40,863 nucleotides of DNA from Lentimonas sp. (GTDB taxonomy: Bacteria > Bacteroidota > Bacteroidia > Flavobacteriales_D > Crocinitomicaceae), in assembly GCA_047637535.1 (NCBI GenBank), contig JBLIKY010000001.1, positions 1 through 40,863 of the forward strand. Reading direction: 5' to 3'. This document shows, piece after piece, positions 9,534 through 16,701 of this stretch (its first letter is position 1; each line of letters starts with the position of its first letter). Under the pieces are notes generated by a model. That model did not search any database, had not been told where the DNA came from, and saw only the letters and a list, made by a program, of their open reading frames with translations. A program made the translations under genes and the position numbers.

Positions 9534-10514
9534 CTAATTTCTATACAAAGTACTTTTCACCGCCTTGATCAAACGCTCAACATTTGGCAATGCTTCGGCG
9601 ATTAAAGTTGGAGAGAAAGCAAAAGGCGTATCGGTTTGGGTAACTCTTTTTACGGGAGCATCCAAGTAGTCGAAAGCGTAGTTTTGCAAGTGGTAAGCGA
9701 TTTCAGAAGAAATAGAAGCCAAAGGCCAAGATTCTTCTAAGACAACGCAACGGTTTGTTTTCTTAACGGACTCAACTACGCAAGCGTAATCGATAGGTCT
9801 GATTGTACGAAGATCGATGATTTCGCATTCTATACCTTCTTTGGCTAATAAATCAGCGGCTTCGTAGGCTACTTTCATTATTTTACCAAAAGAAACGATG
9901 GTTACATCTGTACCTTTTCTTTTAATGTCTGCCACACCAATAGGAATCAAATATTCCCCTTCAGGAATTTCCATTTTGTCGCCGTACATTTGTTCTGACT
10001 CTAAAAACACAACCGGATCATTGTCGCGAATTGCTGATTTCAACAATCCTTTAGCATCTGCTGGGTTAGATGGAGTAATTACCTTTAAACCGGGAACGTG
10101 AGAATAAAAAGCTTCAAAACTTTGTGAGTGTGTTGCGCCTAGTTGTCCAGCTGTACCGTTACCTCCTCTAAACACGATCGGACAGTGGTACTGACCTCCT
10201 GACATTTGCAACATTTTTGCTGCAGAGTTGATAATTTGATCAGCTGCGAGAATGGCGAAGTTCCAAGTCATGAACTCAACAATCGGTCTCAAACCGTTCA
10301 TCGAAGCTCCAACCGCAATACCTGCAAAACCTAGTTCGGCAATCGGAGTATCAATAACTCTTTTCGCACCAAATTCATCCAACATTCCTTGAGAGACTTT
10401 GTAAGCACCGTTATATTCGGCAACTTCTTCCCCCATCAAAAATACGTTTTCATCGCGACGCATTTCCTCTGACATCGCTTCTCTTAGTGCTTCTCTGAAC
10501 TGTACGGTTTTCAT
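9534..10514 (-). CDS. pdhB: Pyruvate (2-oxoacid) dehydrogenase E1 component, beta subunit
   Basis: 326 aa. Transketolase-like pyrimidine-binding and C-terminal domains, with the typical E1-beta sequence (MGEEVAEYNGAYKVSQGMLDEFG...). Confidence 0.9.
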   Translation of the reverse strand: MKTVQFREALREAMSEEMRRDENVFLMGEEVAEYNGAYKVSQGMLDEFGAKRVIDTPIAELGFAGIAVGASMNGLRPIVEFMTWNFAILAADQIINSAAKMLQMSGGQYHCPIVFRGGNGTAGQLGATHSQSFEAFYSHVPGLKVITPSNPADAKGLLKSAIRDNDPVVFLESEQMYGDKMEIPEGEYLIPIGVADIKRKGTDVTIVSFGKIMKVAYEAADLLAKEGIECEIIDLRTIRPIDYACVVESVKKTNRCVVLEESWPLASISSEIAYHLQNYAFDYLDAPVKRVTQTDTPFAFSPTLIAEALPNVERLIKAVKSTLYRN

Positions 10515-10546
10515 CTATTCTGTGTTTTTAGCCGACATGGGCGTGC

Positions 10547-10554
10547 CAAATTTA
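10547..10554 (-). promoter_or_regulatory. Candidate -7 box (TAAATTTG) for pdhB
   Basis: The - strand reads TAAATTTG, matching TAnnTTTG, 33 nt upstream of the pdhB ATG. No clear -33 TTG. Confidence 0.3.
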
Positions 10555-10720
10555 AAGTTTAAGGTTGTAAGATGCAAGAGAATTTTAAGGGATGAATAGA
10601 ATTCGTTAAAGTCTTCTTTTCTTACAACACAAAAACAGTTTGAATACAACATAATCTTACCTATAATGCATTGTCAAAGAATTAATCGAATCTCACTCTT
10701 CATAATCAGCCAAAGATTCT

Positions 10721-10728
10721 TATTTTTG
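10721..10728 (+). promoter_or_regulatory. Candidate -7 box (TATTTTTG) for etfB-etfA
   Basis: TATTTTTG matches TAnnTTTG, 30 nt upstream of the etfB ATG. Confidence 0.35.
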
Positions 10729-10757
10729 CAACCTATAATTCAGTTAAATACATCAAC

Positions 10758-11498
10758 ATGAAAATATTGGTTTGTATCAGTAAAGCACCTGATACCACAT
10801 CAAAAATCGCATTTACAGAAGGCAATACGAAGTTTGACGAAAATGGCGTACAGTTTATTGTTAACCCTTATGATGAGTGGTATGCACTTGTTAGAGCTCT
10901 TGAGTTGAAGGAAACTATTGGTGGTAGTGTGACTATCGTTAATGTAGGAACGGCAGCAGACGATGCAGTAATCCGCAAGGCTTTGGCTATCGGCGCTGAT
11001 GAGGCAGTAAGAATTGACGCTAACCCGACAGACGCTTTCTTTACGGCAGCTCAAATTGCTCATTATGCAAAAGAAAATGCTTTTGATTTGGTATTGACAG
11101 GTAAGGAAACGATTAATTATAACGGTTCGCAAGTTGGAGCGATGATTGCAGAATCTTTGGGTATGCCTTTCATTTCTTTAGCTACAAAATTGGATATCAA
11201 CGGTACAACCGCAACTTTGGAAAAAGAAATCATCGGAGGTATTCAGGTTGTTGAAGCTCAACTTCCTTTTGTTGTATCTTGTGCTAAAGGAATGGCCGAA
11301 CAAAGAATTCCAAACATGAGAGGGATTATGGCAGCGCGTACTAAACCTTTGAATGTTGTTGCACCTATCGAAGTTGCAGCCATGACGAGTTATGTTTCCT
11401 ACGACACGCCACCAGCAAAATCAGCGGTTAAATTAATTGACCCTGAAAACATGGACGAATTGGTTAACTTGTTGCACAACGAGGCAAAAGTTATTTAA
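10758..11498 (+). CDS. etfB: Electron transfer flavoprotein, beta subunit
   Basis: 246 aa. MKILVCISKAPDTTSKI...NPYDEWALE-type ETF-beta sequence, followed directly by etfA. Confidence 0.93.
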   Translation: MKILVCISKAPDTTSKIAFTEGNTKFDENGVQFIVNPYDEWYALVRALELKETIGGSVTIVNVGTAADDAVIRKALAIGADEAVRIDANPTDAFFTAAQIAHYAKENAFDLVLTGKETINYNGSQVGAMIAESLGMPFISLATKLDINGTTATLEKEIIGGIQVVEAQLPFVVSCAKGMAEQRIPNMRGIMAARTKPLNVVAPIEVAAMTSYVSYDTPPAKSAVKLIDPENMDELVNLLHNEAKVI

Positions 11499-11524
11499 GA
11501 AACGGTAAGAAAAAATTAAAGAAA

Positions 11525-12463
11525 ATGATTTTAGTATATATAAATAGCGAACACGGAATTAACAAAGCAGCAACGGAAGTTGTAAGCTATGGTAAGAAAT
11601 TAGGTGAAGTCGTTGCAGTTACTGCAGGTAACTGTTCGGATGCCGACTTAGCGAGATTAGGAAAATTCGGTGCGACCAAAGTATTGGCTGACCGCAATGC
11701 AAACTCAGACGATCCACAACAAATCACTCGTTTGGTGGCTAAAGCTGCTGCAACAACAGGAGCGAAAACAATTGTTTTTTCTCACGATTTGATGGCGAAG
11801 TCTGTAGCTCCTCGTTTGTCAGTTAAATTGCAAGCCGGTTTGATTTCAGGTGCTATCGAAGTGCCTCAAGCTGACGGTTCGTGCAGAGTAAACGTATTCT
11901 CAGGAAAAGCATTTGGCTTGGTAAAGGTCAATACAGAAAGTAAAATAATCTCATTATTACCCAATTCTATCCAACCGGAAGAAAACGGAGCGGACTGCGC
12001 CGTTGAATCTTTTGATGGTGAAGCGGGATCTCCTGGCGTAAAAGTCTTGGAAACAAAAATTCCTGAAGGTGAAATCCCTTTGACGGAAGCTGAATTGGTT
12101 GTCTCTGCAGGTCGAGGTCTTAAGGGACCAGAAAACTGGGGGATGGTTGAGGATTTAGCAAAAACTTTGGGAGCAGCGACTGCTTGTTCGCGCCCAGTTT
12201 CAGATATCGGATGGAGACCTCATCACGAACACGTAGGACAGACTGGTTTTGCCATTCGTCCAAACTTATATATCGCTGCTGGAATATCGGGAGCGATTCA
12301 GCATTTGGCTGGTGTAAACGGTTCGAAAGTGATCGTTGTAATCAATACAGATCCTGAAGCACCTTTCTTTAAGGCCGCAGATTATGGAGTGATTGGTGAT
12401 GCATTTGAAGTTTTGCCTCGTCTTAACGAAGCAGTGAAAAGATTCAAGGCTTCAAACAGCTAA
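11525..12463 (+). CDS. etfA: Electron transfer flavoprotein, alpha subunit
   Basis: 312 aa. C-terminal FAD-binding region (SRPVSDIGWRPHHEHVGQTG...YIAAGISGAIQHLAG). Confidence 0.93.
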   Translation: MILVYINSEHGINKAATEVVSYGKKLGEVVAVTAGNCSDADLARLGKFGATKVLADRNANSDDPQQITRLVAKAAATTGAKTIVFSHDLMAKSVAPRLSVKLQAGLISGAIEVPQADGSCRVNVFSGKAFGLVKVNTESKIISLLPNSIQPEENGADCAVESFDGEAGSPGVKVLETKIPEGEIPLTEAELVVSAGRGLKGPENWGMVEDLAKTLGAATACSRPVSDIGWRPHHEHVGQTGFAIRPNLYIAAGISGAIQHLAGVNGSKVIVVINTDPEAPFFKAADYGVIGDAFEVLPRLNEAVKRFKASNS

Positions 12464-12503
12464 ATCGCATTTAAATATTATTTTTGAAATAGTTAAGTGG
12501 TAT

Positions 12504-12526
12504 GGGGAAGCAAAATTTGCTTCCCC
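12504..12526 (+). terminator. GC-rich hairpin after etfA, either a weak terminator or a 5'-leader structure of the next gene
   Basis: GGGGAAGCA-aaatt-TGCTTCCCC, a 9-bp perfect stem with no strong U tract. A TAnnTTTG match (TATTTTTG, 12479..12486) lies just upstream, so the assignment is ambiguous. Confidence 0.35.
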
Positions 12527-12560
12527 AATCATTTGAACAAAAGCGAAAGCTTCTTAAGAA

Positions 12561-13157
12561 ATGGAAAAAGTTAAATTAGAAATCGTCGGTTTATCCTATA
12601 GTCAAACTCAATCTGGGGCTTATGCACTTGTTCTTTCAGAATCAGGTGGTAAGCGAAGACTTCCTATAATCATTGGTGGTTTTGAAGCCCAAGCGATTGC
12701 TATTGAGTTAGAGAAAATGGTGCCTACTCGCCCTTTGACACACGATCTTTTTAAAACCTTTGCCACTTCTTTCTCCATTAAAGTGAAAGAAGTTATCATT
12801 TACAAATTACTCGAAGGAATTTTTTATTCAAAGTTAATTTGCGAAAAAGACGGTGTGACCTCCGAAATCGACGCCCGTACTTCGGATGCGGTTGCTATTG
12901 GAGTTCGATTTAGTTGCCCAGTTTATACCTACGAAAACATCTTAGCTAGTGCGGGTATTATGCTAGAAGACGACAATGGCAAAGAAGATCAACTCGAAAT
13001 AATGGACTTTGACGACGACGACGATACCCCGAAAAAAGAAGGTCCCAAAACAAAAACGATTGATGAGTTAGAGAAAGAACTCAATGCGGCAATCGAACAC
13101 GAGGACTACGAATTGGCCTCAAAAATCAGAGACGAAATCAACAAACGAACTTCTTGA
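12561..13157 (+). CDS. Bifunctional nuclease (BFN/DUF151) family protein with a C-terminal UVR motif
   Basis: 198 aa. N-terminal BFN-domain pattern (LPIIIGGFEAQAIAIELE...RPLTHDL...ARTSDAVAIGVRF), an acidic linker, and a UVR-like helix (ELEKELNAAIEHEDYELASKIRDEI). Confidence 0.8.
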   Translation: MEKVKLEIVGLSYSQTQSGAYALVLSESGGKRRLPIIIGGFEAQAIAIELEKMVPTRPLTHDLFKTFATSFSIKVKEVIIYKLLEGIFYSKLICEKDGVTSEIDARTSDAVAIGVRFSCPVYTYENILASAGIMLEDDNGKEDQLEIMDFDDDDDTPKKEGPKTKTIDELEKELNAAIEHEDYELASKIRDEINKRTS

Positions 13158-13329
13158 GAAGTATTGAGTGCGAGAACTGAGTATTGAGTTTGAGTAAATA
13201 TTCTTACTACTCAATACCAACTTTCACAACGAACTAATTACTTCTCAATTCAATATTTTTTCATTTTTTCATTCCATTTTTTATGGAATTCTTACTGTGA
13301 TTGCATCTCAATACTAAAACCAAATAGTT

Positions 13330-14097
13330 ATGAGAAAATTTATCACAGTAATCGCCCTTTTATTAAGTTCACTTTCTTACGCCCAAAACGGTCTAGGAGA
13401 TGTTGTCGGAACCGTCATTGACAAAACGACCCAAGAACCAATTTACAACGCCCGTGTATTTATACTCGATCAAGGCAATCGATACATTACCTCAACAGAT
13501 TTTGATGGTCGTTTTAAAATAAGCGCAGTTCCACCTGGAGAATATTTATTAAAGATTTCACATCAAGGAGATACGATGGATATGCGTTTTGTAGACATTC
13601 CAATTGACGGTTATGCCAATGCAGGGGTTATGAACTACACCAATGATTATCTTGAACTTGGACCAGTTATTGCCATGGCAGACGACGGATCAATCAAAAT
13701 GAAATTAGGTCTGTTACCCACCAAAGAACTAAAGGCTGACGAAATTGCGCAAAGTGCTATCAAATTCAACATCAAAGCCTTGGCGACTAGCATCTCTCCT
13801 GATGTTAAGTTAATGGATGATGGTTCGCTCGTTTTTAGAGGCGCCCGAAAAGGAGATATGATCTATATGGTCGATGGAGTAAAAGTCACTGGCGAACTAA
13901 ACATACCATCAACCTCGATAGGCAGAATGATGGTCTACTCAGGAGGTCTACCTGCAAACTACGGAGACACAATGGGCGGAGTAATTGTCGTAGAATCTAA
14001 AAGTTATTTTGAGTTGTTGAGAAACTACGAATCCATGCAAATGAAAAAAGAGGCTAAAGTCAAGTATGAAAAATATTTGGCGAATCAGTTGAAATAA
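13330..14097 (+). CDS. Secreted CarboxypepD_reg-like + TonB-dependent-receptor Plug domain protein that lacks a beta-barrel
   Basis: 255 aa. Signal peptide; GTVIDKTTQEPIYNARVFILDQ...TDFDGRFKIS..PGEYLLKIS (carboxypeptidase-regulatory-like fold); then Plug motifs LVFRGARKG...MIYMVDGVKV...YSGGLPANYGDTMGGVIVVESK. It ends in a short Lys-rich tail. Confidence 0.75.
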   Translation: MRKFITVIALLLSSLSYAQNGLGDVVGTVIDKTTQEPIYNARVFILDQGNRYITSTDFDGRFKISAVPPGEYLLKISHQGDTMDMRFVDIPIDGYANAGVMNYTNDYLELGPVIAMADDGSIKMKLGLLPTKELKADEIAQSAIKFNIKALATSISPDVKLMDDGSLVFRGARKGDMIYMVDGVKVTGELNIPSTSIGRMMVYSGGLPANYGDTMGGVIVVESKSYFELLRNYESMQMKKEAKVKYEKYLANQLK

Positions 14098-14102
14098 TCG
14101 CT

Positions 14103-14376
14103 GACTTCGGGTTGGCTCAGTTGGGGAATTAAATTGCAGCAATGAGCACTGCCTTCGACTTCGCTCAGTCAGCAGATTATAGGAAAGAAATGCACGACGA
14201 CCGAGCGAAATGGTAAAAAGAAATGCGCGACGACTGAGCGAAGTCGAAGGCAAGCTAAAAGAAGTAGAAAATAGGAAGCAAGTATGACGGAAAGTAATGA
14301 GCACTGCCTTCGGCTTCGCTCAGTCAGCGAATTAATGAAAAGGAATGCGCGCCGACTGAGCGAAGTCGAAGGCAAG
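14103..14376. repeat. Mosaic of GC-rich palindromic REP/MITE-like units, locus A
   Basis: Left arms GCCTTCG(A/G)CTTCGCTCAGTC at 14151-14170 and 14306-14325. Reverse-complement right arms GACTGAGCGAAGTCGAAGGC at 14232-14251 and 14354-14373. Also a degenerate left arm (14103-14126) and a truncated right arm (14191-14213). The mosaic fills the whole gap between two convergent genes. Confidence 0.85.
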
Positions 14377-15165
14377 CTAAAAGAAGGAAGGTTTATACTG
14401 TTTTATATACCCCTTCTTAGTTGACAAAACATACAAACACAAGGGTATTAATCCGTGGGGCAGTCTGTATAATGCGTTAGGCAGATGAATAGTATAAAAC
14501 TCCATATTTTGTATTTCCCCTAGTTGAGAAACGGGTCGCGCGAAAGCAGTTAATATCCCCCAGATAAACATATAAGCCAAAGCCGCTTTTTGCGTTTTAG
14601 GAATGAACATCAATATTGCAACCGCCATATCGATCAATCCAATGATAAATAAAAATTGCTTAGCCAACTCCCCTTCCATTCGCAAAATGGTATTGGTCAT
14701 TTTCACAAAATGGTCGGGTAAAATGTGATATCCTAAGGCATATGTTCCGTGTCCGACAAAAGTCAATGCCAAGGCGACGCGCAAACCAAACACTACATAG
14801 GTAAATGTTCGTTCTTCATTGTAAAGTTGTAAAAAAAGCATAATTGGAAGGGCCATTTGTAGTGAATGCTCGACAAATTGCTCCGGCAAATACCCCACCT
14901 TAACGTATCCACAATAACTATGAATGGCTAAAATTATTGAGGCTATGAAAAACCCCCATTTAAAGTTCGGGAATTTCAACATTGATAAAGGAAGTAATGC
15001 TGTGGCAGAAACTGCAATTAAGATAAATCCGGCATAAAAACGTATGAAATAGTCGTTATCAAAAACATATTCATAAGGCTGATCGGATGAGAAATGAGTC
15101 ATTCCTTTCCAAAAAAGTAATAGGAATACGCAATAACGGAGGGTTGAAATCAGGATTTTTTGCAT
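14377..15165 (-). CDS. Hypothetical polytopic membrane protein
   Basis: 262 aa with multiple hydrophobic segments. I recognise no family. It starts 6 nt downstream of 15172..16503 on the same strand. Confidence 0.65.
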   Translation of the reverse strand: MQKILISTLRYCVFLLLFWKGMTHFSSDQPYEYVFDNDYFIRFYAGFILIAVSATALLPLSMLKFPNFKWGFFIASIILAIHSYCGYVKVGYLPEQFVEHSLQMALPIMLFLQLYNEERTFTYVVFGLRVALALTFVGHGTYALGYHILPDHFVKMTNTILRMEGELAKQFLFIIGLIDMAVAILMFIPKTQKAALAYMFIWGILTAFARPVSQLGEIQNMEFYTIHLPNALYRLPHGLIPLCLYVLSTKKGYIKQYKPSFF

Positions 15166-15171
15166 GGTTAA

Positions 15172-16503
15172 TTAGTTTAAGGGTTCGATATGGAGTTCCA
15201 TATACATTTTGTCTTTTTTAAGTAGCTTTTTTATATAGAGATAATTTTCTTCACCAAAACGATTTTTTCGCAGAAGCATAATCTCATTTTTATCGTTAAT
15301 AATAAATTTTGTCTCATCGTGATGGGTGGAGAAGGAATAGCCCATTTGGTGATAATTGGTTGGGTACAAAACCCCATTTACAACCTCGTTGTTGTGTGTT
15401 TTATAGATATCAAATCCACCGAATCCTTCCAAACCGTTACTTGCAAAATAGAAGATTCCTTCATGAAAGAAAGGAGACATTTCATCCCCTGTGGTATTAA
15501 TGCGCTTTAGCGGATTTACTGAAAACACCTCATTTGTTTGGACGTTGTATTGTGCGACGAAAAGATCTTTGTTCCCCTCTTTCTCACTAGCAAAATACAG
15601 TAGTTCATCTTCTTCGTTGTAGAAGGCTTGGGCTGTCCAACTTCCTTCGTTGATGCTCGCAGGTAATTCAAATTTAACCTTCCACTTCCCTCCATTTTTC
15701 TCTGCCACAAATAGTTTAGTTATTCCTTCTGATTCATCATTGAAGAAGAGGTAGTTTTTAGATATAGTAAGAAAGAAATCTTCGGCAAACTCAGGTAAAA
15801 ACTTATACTCTTTCTTCTTGAAAATTCCATTTTTTTCTTTAAAGAATTCTACCTCATCTGTCTTTACTTTTCGACGAGAACTTAATTTAACACGCTTACC
15901 TTCTTGAATTCTTACCCAATCATTTCCCATGGCAGCGATTGAACCATTCTTCGTATTCAATGAATCATAAACTTGACCACTTGGCAACCAATTTTGAAAA
16001 TCATCGACTTCATTCATGCATCTTTCGTAAAATTCAAAATCCGATCGGGTGTATCGATATCCTTCTTCATACGCTGTAAAAGCATGCTTGCCATAAAGCT
16101 TTTTAAAATGTTTAAGGTTTTGTTTTACTATATCGTAATTCCCGCATTTCATTCCAGACTCAAACAATTTGAAATAGTAATGGGGTTTTTGTTCGATTAT
16201 AAAGTCTATTCCAGAATTGTAATAGTAAGTTGCACTATCGTATCGTTCTTGTTCAAATAGAATATCTCCCAAAAACATTTGAGCTTCTGTCAGAGCAAAT
16301 GAAATATTTACGGCTTTCTTTAGCGCGTTTTTCGCCAAATCAAGACGACCTTCCTTGTAGAGCAAACACGCTTCATTATAATGTGGCAGTGCTTTTAACT
16401 GAGTAGCATCAGTTCCTTTTGGAAAATAGGGCTTGTCGTGTATTTCCTGACTAAGAATCAATTGTAACAGTAGTATAAAAAGTGTGGTTAAAATGAGTTT
16501 CAT
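15172..16503 (-). CDS. Secreted TPR + PD40/TolB-like beta-propeller repeat protein
   Basis: 443 aa. Signal peptide; TPR-like helices (YNEACLLYKEGRLDLAKNALKKAV...); repeated PD40-like strands (LYFASEKEGNKDLFVA, FYFASNGLEGFGGFDIYKT). Confidence 0.72.
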   Translation of the reverse strand: MKLILTTLFILLLQLILSQEIHDKPYFPKGTDATQLKALPHYNEACLLYKEGRLDLAKNALKKAVNISFALTEAQMFLGDILFEQERYDSATYYYNSGIDFIIEQKPHYYFKLFESGMKCGNYDIVKQNLKHFKKLYGKHAFTAYEEGYRYTRSDFEFYERCMNEVDDFQNWLPSGQVYDSLNTKNGSIAAMGNDWVRIQEGKRVKLSSRRKVKTDEVEFFKEKNGIFKKKEYKFLPEFAEDFFLTISKNYLFFNDESEGITKLFVAEKNGGKWKVKFELPASINEGSWTAQAFYNEEDELLYFASEKEGNKDLFVAQYNVQTNEVFSVNPLKRINTTGDEMSPFFHEGIFYFASNGLEGFGGFDIYKTHNNEVVNGVLYPTNYHQMGYSFSTHHDETKFIINDKNEIMLLRKNRFGEENYLYIKKLLKKDKMYMELHIEPLN

Positions 16504-16529
16504 GCTCGTTATATGTTTTTATTTTGGGA

Positions 16530-16537
16530 CAAAATTA
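16530..16537 (-). promoter_or_regulatory. Candidate -7 box (TAATTTTG) for 15172..16503
   Basis: The - strand reads TAATTTTG, matching TAnnTTTG, 27 nt upstream of the ATG at 16503. Confidence 0.3.
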
Positions 16538-16664
16538 CAGGAGACAAGCCCATAAAAAACACGTTTTTAAAAGCTTAATTGCAATTTAAAACACGGGAGA
16601 AAATCTTCACCAAAAGCACCACATCTCCTAATTTTCTCTTCATACTACCTTAACATTCGCATTC

Positions 16665-16672
16665 TACATTTG
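16665..16672 (+). promoter_or_regulatory. Candidate -7 box (TACATTTG) for 16702..19170
   Basis: TACATTTG matches TAnnTTTG, 30 nt upstream of the ATG at 16702. It overlaps the GTG used as start by the ORF track, which argues against that GTG start. Confidence 0.35.
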
Positions 16673-16701
16673 TGCCATTAATAAAAACAAAATATTTAAT
16701 C

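Noticed and set aside
12479-12526. Transcription attenuator upstream of the BFN nuclease gene (promoter box followed by a hairpin)
   Set aside because: The hairpin lacks a U tract and has no alternative antiterminator pairing or leader peptide that I can see. It is more simply the etfA 3' hairpin. Kept only as a low-confidence feature.
13948-14375. Track ORFs 13948..14304 (-, 118 aa) and 14169..14375 (-, 68 aa)
   Set aside because: Their sequences (..LPSTSLSRRAFLF.. / ..TERSRRQCSLL..) are just translations of the palindromic repeat arms. They overlap the 3' end of a well-supported gene and each other. Spurious.
14103-14376. Possible CRISPR array (repeated GC-rich segments with intervening AT-rich sequence)
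   Set aside because: The repeated segments alternate in inverted orientation (arm and reverse-complement arm) instead of being direct repeats. There are only 2-3 units, the spacers are irregular (about 18, 46 and 61 nt), and no cas genes or leader are present. The REP/MITE-like hairpin interpretation fits better.
16672-16701. GTG start for the T9SS protein (track start at 16672)
   Set aside because: That GTG lies inside the candidate -7 promoter box. The ATG at 16702 begins a canonical signal peptide (MKKLSILTLFSLLA...).
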